Positions 21,323 to 29,689 of a stretch of DNA of 64,000 nt are shown here, piece by piece. Each line of letters starts with the position of its first letter. The stretch's first letter is position 1. The notes beneath the pieces are model-generated. The model saw nothing but the letters and a program-made list of their open reading frames with translations. It did no database searches and had not been told where the DNA came from. The position numbers and the translations under genes are program-made. This DNA comes from Poseidonia sp. (GTDB taxonomy: Archaea; Thermoplasmatota; Poseidoniia; Poseidoniales; Poseidoniaceae), in the NCBI GenBank assembly GCA_038127845.1, contig JAYPIL010000002.1, positions 2,572 through 66,571 of the forward strand, given 5' to 3'.

Positions 21323-22492
21323 TCACTTGAGGGCTCGAGCAATCACAATCCGCTGAACTTCCTGGGTTCCTTCGTAAATCTGCGTGATTTTTGCATCACG
21401 GAAGAAGCGTTCCACGGGGAATTCCTTGGTGTAGCCGTAGCCGCCGAGAACTTGGATGGCCCTCTCGGAAACCCACATTGCCGTGTCGCCTGCAAACAGC
21501 TTGGCCATGCTGGCTTCTTTCGAGTGCCGTGGGCCATCGGCATGGTAGTGCTGTTCTTTGGTCCACGCTGCTTTGTAGACCAGCAAGCGGGCCGCCTCAA
21601 TTTGTGTGGCCATGTCGGCGAGGTACGCCATGATCATTTGGTGGTAAGCAATGGGTTTGCCAAAGGCTTCTCGCTCGTGGGCGTACTTGAGCGCAGACTC
21701 GTAAGCGCCCTGCGCAATGCCCAAGGCTTGAGCAGCAATGCCGATGCGGCTGTTGTCCAAGGCGTTCATGGCGATCGGGAAGCCGTTGCCTACCCCTTTG
21801 ATGGCGTTTTCAATGGGCACTTTGCAGTTGTTCAAAACCAAGGTGCACGTGTCCGAGGAACGAATACCGAGTTTGTCTTCTTTCTTTCCGACAGAAAACC
21901 CTTCGTAGTCTGCATCGACGATGAAAGCCGTCGTTCCCCCGTGCTTCTTTGTGCCGTAATCGGGGTGGTCCACGTCTTTTGCAAACAGAACGATGATCTT
22001 CGCCTGGGCGCCGTTGGTGACCCACATCTTCTCACCGTTGAGAACATAGTGCGTTCCATCTTCGGAAAGTTTTGCCTTACAGGCCATGGCAGCGGCATCG
22101 GTCCCAGCGCCAGCTTCAGAAAGTGAGTATGCACCAACTTCGCCTGCTGCAAGGCGGGGAAGAAACGTTGACTTCTGGTGTTCGTCCCCGTGAAGGGCGA
22201 TGGTCATGGAGCAAAGGCCGACATGAACACAGTACATCACGGCAAAGGAAGGATCGACCCGCGCGAGTTCTTCGATGATGATGGCCTCGGAGACATCGTC
22301 GATAGGTGAGCCCCCGTAGGCTTCGGGAATGGTGATGCCGTGCAGACCGTATTCGAGAAAGGCCTCCCATTCTTCTGCGGGCGGCAGTTGGTTTTGGTCC
22401 CGGTGTTCTACCGTGGGTGCAAGAACCGTTTCTGCAAAGTCCCTTACCAATTCACGAATCATTTGCTGTTCGTCGGTTTCGCCAAAATTCAT
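21323..22492 (-). CDS. Acyl-CoA dehydrogenase (short/medium-chain type)
   Basis: MNFGETDEQQMIRELVRDF, LSEAGAGTDAAAM, YKAAW and IYEGTQEVQRIVIARAL are typical ACAD blocks. The start was trimmed to ATG 22492. Confidence 0.9.
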   Translation of the reverse strand: MNFGETDEQQMIRELVRDFAETVLAPTVEHRDQNQLPPAEEWEAFLEYGLHGITIPEAYGGSPIDDVSEAIIIEELARVDPSFAVMYCVHVGLCSMTIALHGDEHQKSTFLPRLAAGEVGAYSLSEAGAGTDAAAMACKAKLSEDGTHYVLNGEKMWVTNGAQAKIIVLFAKDVDHPDYGTKKHGGTTAFIVDADYEGFSVGKKEDKLGIRSSDTCTLVLNNCKVPIENAIKGVGNGFPIAMNALDNSRIGIAAQALGIAQGAYESALKYAHEREAFGKPIAYHQMIMAYLADMATQIEAARLLVYKAAWTKEQHYHADGPRHSKEASMAKLFAGDTAMWVSERAIQVLGGYGYTKEFPVERFFRDAKITQIYEGTQEVQRIVIARALK

Positions 22493-22607
22493 ACGCTCAC
22501 CGACCCTCCCAACAAGCACAGTTTCTTAACCCGTTGGTTGGGTGAAAAAAACACTTTCTTCCTCAGTCTTCATATACCACCTGTGGAAGGCGCGAACAGG
22601 AGGAGAG

Positions 22608-23036
22608 ATGATGGATGACGAAATCGTTGAATTTGTAATCGCACAGGACCGAAAATACTCCATGGACCACTTGTGGTTTCAGCAAAAAGACCAGAAATTG
22701 ATGGTGGGCGTGAGTGAATTCATGCGCGTCGAAATCGGCGACATCCTTCGCGTGATTTTGCCACAGGCAGAAACCGAAGTGGATGAGGGGGGCAGCTTGT
22801 TTTCCCTTTGGAGCGCCGACGAAAAGGTCTCCCTTTCCTCTCCGTTCTCCGGCGTGATCTCCGATGTCAACGGTGAAGTTGAGATCAACCCCGACCTCGT
22901 GAACGATTCCGCCTACAACGACGGATGGGTGATTCTTCTCGAACCGCACGAGTTGCAAATCAATCCCGAAGACAAGCAACTTCTCGAGAACCTGATGGAA
23001 CACGACGAATACGTTGAGTACCTCGCAGAACTTTGA
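22608..23036 (+). CDS. Glycine-cleavage-system H-like protein
   Basis: YSMDHLWFQ...VGVSEF...PFSGVISDVNGEVEINPDLVNDSAYNDGWVILL follows the GcvH fold pattern. ATG 22608 is preceded by AGGAGGAG (22598-22605). The lipoyl-Lys position appears shifted (see findings). Confidence 0.65.
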   Translation: MMDDEIVEFVIAQDRKYSMDHLWFQQKDQKLMVGVSEFMRVEIGDILRVILPQAETEVDEGGSLFSLWSADEKVSLSSPFSGVISDVNGEVEINPDLVNDSAYNDGWVILLEPHELQINPEDKQLLENLMEHDEYVEYLAEL

Positions 23037-23095
23037 GGCGAATCCCCATTCGCTGGCCCCTCAAGGATGATTAAGCCAAACCTGCTCCACGCTCC

Positions 23096-23668
23096 ATGAG
23101 CGACGCCATGCAGCAACTTCGTGAGAGCCTCAAGGCTGCTCCAGTCATTTGGAAAGGCGATTACCCTTACTTCATCCACCCCATCACCGACGGCGTTCCA
23201 CGCATGCATCCCGATGTGCTATCGGCCATCACCGAACTTGTTGTGGACAGGGTCGATTGGAAAGAAATTGACCTGCTGCTCGGCATCGAAGCCATGGGAC
23301 TGCCGCTGACCGCTCCACTGAGCATGGCCACCGGCATTCCACTGGTGATCGCACGAAAACGATCCTACGGCCTCGAGGGAGAGGTGGAAATCGACCAGTC
23401 CACCGGCTACTCAAAGGGAGCGATGTACCTCAACAACCTCAACCAAGGCGAACGCATTGCCATTCTCGACGATGTCCTTTCAACCGGTGGAACACTGGAA
23501 GCCGTTGTTGAAGGCGTTCGCAGGGCCGGTGCAGACGTTACGGACATCATCGCCGTGGTCGAGAAAGGGGCGGGTCTGCGAAGGCTGCAGCAGCGTTATC
23601 CCGACATCAACATTCAATCCCTCGTTCGCCTGGAAATGGACGGCGACAAAGTGGTTCTTCTCGACTGA
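23096..23668 (+). CDS. hpt: Hypoxanthine/guanine phosphoribosyltransferase, archaeal type
   Basis: KGDYPYFIHPITDGVP, GIEAMGLPL, IARKRSYGLEGEVEIDQSTGYSKG and ILDDVLSTGGTL match the archaeal Hpt family nearly block for block. Confidence 0.85.
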   Translation: MSDAMQQLRESLKAAPVIWKGDYPYFIHPITDGVPRMHPDVLSAITELVVDRVDWKEIDLLLGIEAMGLPLTAPLSMATGIPLVIARKRSYGLEGEVEIDQSTGYSKGAMYLNNLNQGERIAILDDVLSTGGTLEAVVEGVRRAGADVTDIIAVVEKGAGLRRLQQRYPDINIQSLVRLEMDGDKVVLLD

Positions 23669-23723
23669 GCCGCAATGGGTGCCTTGATGAGGGAGTGGCG
23701 CTGCCGATGAGGTGAGGCAGAGT

Positions 23724-24833
23724 ATGGATCTGGACCGTCATGATTTCGAATTGGACGAGTTGATGGAGCGGATTCGCGCCAACGACAACCGATTGATTGC
23801 GCTGCAGGTTCCGGAGGGTCTGAAGATGCAGGCCCTCGAGATGATGGACACCATCGAAACCGAAACCAGCGCTCAGGTCGTTCTCGCTGCTGACCCATGC
23901 TACGGTGCTTGCGACCTCGTCCACGACAAGATGCAGTTGATGGGGGTGGAGTTGGTCGCCCACATGGGCCATTCTCAAATGAACATCGATTCCGGTATGC
24001 CAACCCAATTCATCAACGTCACCTATGACGGCGACCCTGAACTCAGTCCCGTCCTGCCGTGGCTCGAACAGCACCGTGCCATGGCGCAAGCAAGGCTCGC
24101 TGAACAAGGTCAAACCGATGAACTGACCGAAGAAGAGGCCCAAGAGAAATTCATGGATGCCGTGGGACGATTGGCGCCCCTCACCGATACAAAACTGGGC
24201 CTGGTTGGTTCAATTCAGCACCTTCATCTCCTGCCAGACTTCCACGACAGGTTGGAGAAAGCAGGCTTTGACGTCACCATTCCCATCGGCGGAGCTCGTC
24301 TCTCCTTCCCCGGACAAGTTTTGGGATGCAATTACTCCGGAGACGACCCTTCTATAGGACACTACTTGTTCCTCGGAAGCGGTGATTTTCATCCGATTGG
24401 CCTGGTGTTGCACACGGGCAAACCCCTGGCCATGCTCGACCCGTACACGGGTGAGGCCGAAGAGATGTCACTGGAGCGCATTGAGCGCATCTTGCGCCAA
24501 CGCTTTGGCCTCATCATGAGCGTTCAAGACGCCCAATCCTTTGGCATCCTCATCGGTGAAAAGCCCGGCCAGATGCGGCGCACGCTCGCCCTTCGCATGA
24601 AGCGCATGCTGGCTCAGCACGGCAAGAAAGGGTACCTCCTCGCCCTGGAGCACGTTGGTCCAGAACTGATTGACTTTTACCCCGTGGACGCCTTTGTCAA
24701 CACCGCTTGCCCCCGAATCGCCATCGATGACGCCGTCAAATACCGCAAGCCACTGATCACGCCGTTTGAACTTGAAGTGGCGCTCGGAGAGAAACAATGG
24801 GAAACCGGATATCAGTTCGATGAGATCCCCTGA
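23724..24833 (+). CDS. dph2: Diphthamide synthesis protein Dph2 (2-(3-amino-3-carboxypropyl)histidine synthase)
   Basis: HDFELDELMERI...LIALQVPEGLK, DPCYGACD and NTACPRIAIDD are Dph2 patterns. The track start is GTG 23712. ATG 23724 is preceded by GAGGTGAGG. Confidence 0.8.
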   Translation: MDLDRHDFELDELMERIRANDNRLIALQVPEGLKMQALEMMDTIETETSAQVVLAADPCYGACDLVHDKMQLMGVELVAHMGHSQMNIDSGMPTQFINVTYDGDPELSPVLPWLEQHRAMAQARLAEQGQTDELTEEEAQEKFMDAVGRLAPLTDTKLGLVGSIQHLHLLPDFHDRLEKAGFDVTIPIGGARLSFPGQVLGCNYSGDDPSIGHYLFLGSGDFHPIGLVLHTGKPLAMLDPYTGEAEEMSLERIERILRQRFGLIMSVQDAQSFGILIGEKPGQMRRTLALRMKRMLAQHGKKGYLLALEHVGPELIDFYPVDAFVNTACPRIAIDDAVKYRKPLITPFELEVALGEKQWETGYQFDEIP

Positions 24834-24922
24834 GTCGTGGAGTTGAGCCTGTCAAAACAAGCGTTGAGGTCCGTTTGAACAACCACATCTTTTAGAACGG
24901 TTGACATCAGCATTCCCTTGAT

Positions 24923-26125
24923 ATGACGGGATACTTGGACCGCATCGGCGCTGGGCTCATCATCGCCCATCCAGAGATGCTGGATTTTGACCATGTGCCA
25001 GAAGAACTGGTGGGTCGAGAAGACATCCAAACGGCCTTGGCGTCCAAGTTCACCACCGTTGGCTCACCCGAAGGAGCGGCCAGAGCGGTCATCACCGGAC
25101 CGGTTGGAAGCGGCAAAACGGTGCTTGCCAAAACCTTCTGTCGCGATCTTCAACGCCACCTTTCGGGAAAACGAGAAATCACGGTTGCTCATGTCAATTG
25201 TCGCAATGCCTCAACGAGCATGCGTGTTGCACAGCGCATTTTGCACCAGTTTGACCCGGGCCACCCTGACCGTGGCCTCTCGATGGGCGAATTGTTGCTG
25301 AGTTTGCGAAAAATGCTGCGTCGGACCTCAACCCATTTGATCGTGGTGTTGGATGAAGTGGATCACATGCTCCGACGTTCGGGCGATGAGTTGCTCTACC
25401 AACTGCTTCGTATCGACGAAGATCAGGAAGGTTCGGGAACCGTTTCCCTCATCCTCATCAGCCAAGAGCAGGTGCTTGACGTTCTGGAGACCGCTGTGCT
25501 CTCAAAGTTTGGACAATCCAACCACGTTCGCGTACCTTCGTATACCGTTGATGGGCTTGAGGCCATCGCACGCCAACGAGCCGAAATGGCCCTTGTCCCG
25601 GGCACGTGGAATGAGGGTTTGATTCGGTTGGTGGCCGAACGGGCTGGCGATAGCGGCGATGCTCGTCGCGTCATTGAGTACCTCAGCAGTGCGGCAGAAC
25701 GGGCAGAATTCCGACAGGACGGTCATACCGAGCAGATCATCACCGTAGAGGACCTCCATGCAGTCAACGAGCAATTGGCCAGCGATACGTCAAATCGTCT
25801 TGAAATCGTTGATGATTTGGCACCGCAGGGCATGTTGGTGCTCTTGGCCATGTGCCGAAGATTGCGCACGCAAGATTCGATGACCATGGGGGATGTTGAA
25901 CAACTCTATGCCGTGGTCTGTGAAGAATACGAACAAAAGCCGAAAAGCCACACCACGCTGTGGAAATACGCAAAACACATCGAGCAAGAAGGCATCATCT
26001 CGACGAGGGTTGCTACGGTGCCCGGAGGGCGAGGGCGAACGACCCATTTGAGCATGCCACACTTCCTCCCAGCCGACCTTGCAAACCGACTTGAATTGCT
26101 TCTCCCAAAGCGTTTACGCCGATGA
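24923..26125 (+). CDS. cdc6: Orc1/Cdc6 replication initiator
   Basis: 400 aa. HVPEELVGREDIQ, Walker A ITGPVGSGKT, Walker B VVLDEVD and a C-terminal winged helix (LWKYAKHIEQEGIISTRV...GRGRT). Confidence 0.9.
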   Translation: MTGYLDRIGAGLIIAHPEMLDFDHVPEELVGREDIQTALASKFTTVGSPEGAARAVITGPVGSGKTVLAKTFCRDLQRHLSGKREITVAHVNCRNASTSMRVAQRILHQFDPGHPDRGLSMGELLLSLRKMLRRTSTHLIVVLDEVDHMLRRSGDELLYQLLRIDEDQEGSGTVSLILISQEQVLDVLETAVLSKFGQSNHVRVPSYTVDGLEAIARQRAEMALVPGTWNEGLIRLVAERAGDSGDARRVIEYLSSAAERAEFRQDGHTEQIITVEDLHAVNEQLASDTSNRLEIVDDLAPQGMLVLLAMCRRLRTQDSMTMGDVEQLYAVVCEEYEQKPKSHTTLWKYAKHIEQEGIISTRVATVPGGRGRTTHLSMPHFLPADLANRLELLLPKRLRR

Positions 26126-26195
26126 TTCAGCCTCCGTTGCAGACGATGGGGCTAAATACGGGTCATCAGTCGGACAAATCCCGAGAGGTGCTCAC

Positions 26196-26672
26196 ATGGC
26201 AGAATTCATCGCAGTGGTCAACGATACCGACCCGAAGAATGGCGGCAAGTCGTACGCCCTCAAAATCACTGGAAACAACCACGCACAGATGCTTGGAAAG
26301 CGCATTGGCGATGTGGTGGACGGATTGTTCGTTGGCGAGGGCGACAAGACCCTTTCTGGATACAAACTCGAAATCACCGGTGGCTCCGACAAAACGGGCA
26401 CACCCATGCGTCGTGACCTTGAGGGCGGCAACCGACAATCCATCCTCGTGACCCAATCAACGGGATACAAGGGCCAAGTGGTCGTTCACAAGGAAAAGGG
26501 CGGTGGCAAGAAGCGCTTCCGCTACAAGCCCGACGGGCTTCGAAAGCGCCGAAATTTCCGCGGCAACACGATCACACAGGACACGCGACAAATCAACCTC
26601 CGAGTCGTTGAGGCTGGAAAGAAGTCGCTTGACACCATCCTCGCAGCAGAGGCTGAGGAAGCATCGGAGTGA
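26196..26672 (+). CDS. rps6e: 30S ribosomal protein S6e
   Basis: From ATG 26196, preceded by GAGAGGTG: MAEFIAVVNDTD...GKRIGDVVDG...GYKLEITGGSDKTGTPMRRDLEG...RKRRNFRGNTI. The track ORF 26079 carries a spurious 5' extension. Confidence 0.9.
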   Translation: MAEFIAVVNDTDPKNGGKSYALKITGNNHAQMLGKRIGDVVDGLFVGEGDKTLSGYKLEITGGSDKTGTPMRRDLEGGNRQSILVTQSTGYKGQVVVHKEKGGGKKRFRYKPDGLRKRRNFRGNTITQDTRQINLRVVEAGKKSLDTILAAEAEEASE

Positions 26673-26709
26673 ACCCGAGAGGGCATTCGTAGGACAAGGG
26701 AGAGGGAGC

Positions 26710-27948
26710 ATGGCACGAAAGCTTCCCGCCCAACCCGAAGTGAACATCGGCCTTGTTGGCCATGTCGACCACGGAAAGACCACGTTAACGCAAGCGCTCT
26801 CGGGCGTTTGGACCGACACGCACTCCGAAGAACGAAAGCGCGGTATTTCGATCAAGCTCGGGTACGCCGACACGGCGTTTTACCAGGACGACAACGGCCA
26901 ATTCTATGCAACAGGCAAGCGACCTGACGGTGGCGATGACCACGAAAAAGAACTGAAGCGAGTGGTTTCCTTTGTTGACGCCCCCGGTCACGAGACGCTC
27001 ATGGCCATCATGATCACGGGCGCTTCGATCATGGATGGAGCGATGTTGATGGTGGCAGCCAACGAAACCTGTCCGCAACCTCAGACACGCGAACACCTGA
27101 TGGCCCTCGAGATTGCTGGCATTCAAAACATTGTCATCGTGCAAAACAAAATCGATCTCGTATCAAAGGAGCGTGCATTGGCGTCGCATCAAGAGATCAA
27201 AGCCTTCCTCAAAGGAACGATTGCTGAAAACGCTCCTATCATTCCAGTCTCGGCTCACCACGACGTGAACCTTGATGTGTTGATTGAAGCCATTGAGGCC
27301 ACCATCCCCACGCCAGACCGCTCAAAGGACAAGCGCTCCATCATGCACGTTGCCCGTTCCTTCGACATCAACCGCCCCGGCACACGCCCTTCGAAACTGC
27401 GAGGGGGTGTCATCGGAGGCAGCATCGTTGAAGGTGAGTTTTCGGAAGGCGATGCCATCGTTATCGGGCCGGGAAGAAAAATTGAGAAAGGGAACAAAGC
27501 CACTTGGGAGCCGATTGAAGCCGTCGTTAGCAGCATGCAAGGCGGCGGATTGAACTTGAAAACCATGCACGCTGGTGGTCTTTGCGGTATGGCCACGTTC
27601 CTCGATCCTTCCATCACCACCTCAGACAACCTCTCCGGCCAAGTGGTGGCACGAAAGGGAGACCTCCCAGAGGTCCATGCAAGTGTCTCCATCAGTGTTA
27701 ATTTGATGACCCACATGGTTGCCGGCGATGGTGAATCACCGGAAAAAATCCAACCACTCCGCAACAACGAGATGTTGATGCTCAACGTGGCGACTGCCAC
27801 CTCCGTCGGCGTGACGAAAAATGCAGAAAAAACCCGAACGGACCTTGATTTGAGACTGCCGATCTGTGCCGACAAAGGGCAACGCATTTCGCTCTCACGA
27901 CGCATTGGTTCTCGATGGAGACTGATCGGCTACGGTACCATCGAGTGA
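26710..27948 (+). CDS. eif2g: Translation initiation factor aIF2 gamma subunit
   Basis: From ATG 26710: MARKLPAQPEVNIGLVGHVDHGKTTL, DAPGHE and NKIDL GTPase motifs, plus a zinc-knuckle-free domain II/III. The track ORF 26503 is a 5' extension overlapping rps6e. Confidence 0.95.
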   Translation: MARKLPAQPEVNIGLVGHVDHGKTTLTQALSGVWTDTHSEERKRGISIKLGYADTAFYQDDNGQFYATGKRPDGGDDHEKELKRVVSFVDAPGHETLMAIMITGASIMDGAMLMVAANETCPQPQTREHLMALEIAGIQNIVIVQNKIDLVSKERALASHQEIKAFLKGTIAENAPIIPVSAHHDVNLDVLIEAIEATIPTPDRSKDKRSIMHVARSFDINRPGTRPSKLRGGVIGGSIVEGEFSEGDAIVIGPGRKIEKGNKATWEPIEAVVSSMQGGGLNLKTMHAGGLCGMATFLDPSITTSDNLSGQVVARKGDLPEVHASVSISVNLMTHMVAGDGESPEKIQPLRNNEMLMLNVATATSVGVTKNAEKTRTDLDLRLPICADKGQRISLSRRIGSRWRLIGYGTIE

Positions 27949-27957
27949 GGAAGGGCG

Positions 27958-28335
27958 ATGCAGCGCGTGCTCATCGACGCTTGCGGCTGGGTCGCCTGTA
28001 TGGATGCCCAACTCAACGTTGAACGAGAACTCGAAGCGCTGTTCGGTCCGTGTGAATGGATGTTGTTGTCGGCGGTTGAAGAGGAATTGTCGCAACTTCG
28101 GCATGAGCGACCACGAGCAAAACCGCTCCTGCTTGCCATGCTGCAGCAAAAATCCTCGGTGATAACGACCGAAGAGGGCGTGCACACCGACGATGCCATT
28201 TGGTCACTTGCGTCCGAACACGGTTGGGCGACCTTGACGGTAGATACCGCCCTCAAACATCGCCTGTTTGAAGCCAATCTGCCCGTGGTTGAAGTTCGTC
28301 AAAACAACCACCTCTACCTGATAGATTCGCTATAG
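27958..28335 (+). CDS. Small PIN-domain protein (conserved partner downstream of aIF2-gamma in archaea)
   Basis: 125 aa. N-terminal VLIDACGWV (first acidic PIN residue context). Position immediately after eif2g, with a GAGGAAGGG ribosome-binding site. The assignment rests on context plus a weak motif. Confidence 0.5.
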   Translation: MQRVLIDACGWVACMDAQLNVERELEALFGPCEWMLLSAVEEELSQLRHERPRAKPLLLAMLQQKSSVITTEEGVHTDDAIWSLASEHGWATLTVDTALKHRLFEANLPVVEVRQNNHLYLIDSL

Positions 28336-28340
28336 AACGG

Positions 28341-28640
28341 CTAAGGAAGCGTAAACAAGACGTCGTCACCGTGGCCGTCAAGCCAACCTATTTTGACACC
28401 GGCATCAATCCAAGCATGGGCGTAATTGATGGCACCAAATGCCCGAACCAAATCACCAGTTTCAAGGAAGTGCCGAGCATCAGATGCATAATCATCGGCC
28501 ATGCGCAACATGATCGCAAGATGGCGCTGTTCATCGCTGCCCTCCTCGACCAGCGATGTTGCCTTGGCTCTGGCTCGTTTGGTGATGTCAAGGTACTTTT
28601 CAACACGCTGCGTGGTGACGACCTCGTGTTCGCTGGTCAC
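28341..28640 (-). CDS. DUF357-family protein
   Basis: 99 aa. KYLDITKRA...DDYASDARHFLETGDLVRAFGAINYAHAWIDAGVKIGWL matches the DUF357 helical pattern. The GTG start overlaps the upstream stop (GTGA at 28637-28640). Confidence 0.55.
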   Translation of the reverse strand: MTSEHEVVTTQRVEKYLDITKRARAKATSLVEEGSDEQRHLAIMLRMADDYASDARHFLETGDLVRAFGAINYAHAWIDAGVKIGWLDGHGDDVLFTLP

Positions 28641-29689
28641 TCCCCTCCCTCCTTTTGACGACGTAAAAGACGACGTGCGTCCTCGGTTCGCCCGAGGGCT
28701 TCGTAAAGTTCGATGGCCAGTGAAAGTTTGCCGAGGTCTTCGGCTTCCTGTGCCCGCAGGAACATTTGACGACGCTCTTCCCAGCTCCTTGCCATGGCCG
28801 CTTCTGCAACGGCCTTGTAACGACCCTCACGCTCTGCCTCGGCAAGATGGGGTGCTGTCCAGCGTCGCACCAAACCGCTTCGATCGGCGGTTGCCATGGC
28901 GTCGGGCGTGCAAAGAACGAGAAGATCTCCGAGGTTCATGCGTTGTGTCAACGGTGGCTCCTCTTCATCGTTCAACCGGGGATTGGTCATGGAAACAAGA
29001 TGGCCTTCGATGCCCAGAACCCACCAACCATCTCCGCTGCGTACAGCGTTCATTGGCTCGAGCGAGTCGCTTTCTATTCGCTCAAGACTGTCCCAACCAA
29101 AAGGATGGGGCACCCCTTCCCATAAGCCGCCGTCGCCGCTCTGGAGGAGGAGCCTGCCGTCCTTGAGCGTCGAGCACCAACTCCAGGACCGGTCCTCAAT
29201 GCTGCGTTTCTTATCATCCCCCGTTAATCGGCCACACCAAAGCACACCCGATGGGTCCTGCCAAAGGAGATGCTCGCGGTCCAACCAGCCGACCAAACGC
29301 CTTACCGGTCCGCTCTCAACGCGACGAATGCCCCTGCCTTCCTGAGAAAACAGGTGAATTTGGCCGGCGCGGCCTGCAAGGGCCCAACCTCCGCCGGGTC
29401 GTACGGAAAGGTCGCTGAATCCACCCGGCGTACTCCTGCCTTCGTTCATCAACGAGCCGTCGGACGAGTTCATCAAGTAGAAACCGTGGGCGGCGAGGAC
29501 GCCGATGGTCCCTTGTACGACCTGAGCGGCATGAACTTTGAACGGAACTTCAACCTCCCAGCGAACGCCACCATCGGCTTCGAGGAGAATCATTTCCAAT
29601 CCGGCGCTTACAAGCACACCACCTTCGGCAGCAGCGATGGTGGCAATCCGAGCCTTTGCTTGCCAAGACCAAGCGATGTTCCAGGTCAT
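28637..29689 (-). CDS. Beta-propeller-like (PQQ/WD-like repeat) protein with a C-terminal helical, TPR-like tail
   Basis: Repeated units of about 40 aa with G-x-hydrophobic-W/L patterns (DGGVRWEV, DGSLMNEG, GGGWALAG, SGVLWCG, DGGLWEG, GDGWWVLG), then an Arg/Glu-rich helical tail. ATG 29689 shares 1 nt with the upstream TGA (TGATG). Confidence 0.45.
   Translation of the reverse strand: MTWNIAWSWQAKARIATIAAAEGGVLVSAGLEMILLEADGGVRWEVEVPFKVHAAQVVQGTIGVLAAHGFYLMNSSDGSLMNEGRSTPGGFSDLSVRPGGGWALAGRAGQIHLFSQEGRGIRRVESGPVRRLVGWLDREHLLWQDPSGVLWCGRLTGDDKKRSIEDRSWSWCSTLKDGRLLLQSGDGGLWEGVPHPFGWDSLERIESDSLEPMNAVRSGDGWWVLGIEGHLVSMTNPRLNDEEEPPLTQRMNLGDLLVLCTPDAMATADRSGLVRRWTAPHLAEAEREGRYKAVAEAAMARSWEERRQMFLRAQEAEDLGKLSLAIELYEALGRTEDARRLLRRQKEGGE

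Noticed and set aside
24834-26195. Replication origin expected next to orc1/cdc6
   Set aside because: The flanking spacers are only 89 bp and 70 bp. They are not AT-rich and carry no repeated ORB-like boxes; there is only a single GTGGAGTT at 24837-24844. No origin can be supported here from sequence alone.
26079-26709. 5' extensions of the track ORFs for rps6e (26079), eif2g (26503) and hmgA (31688); TTG/GTG track starts for tmk, M61, dph2, scpB, atpB, atpC, atpH and ctaA
   Set aside because: Homologue-like N-termini begin at internal ATGs that are preceded by GGAGG/GAGGTG-type ribosome-binding sites and follow the upstream stop closely. The extensions overlap upstream genes or translate to atypical sequence.
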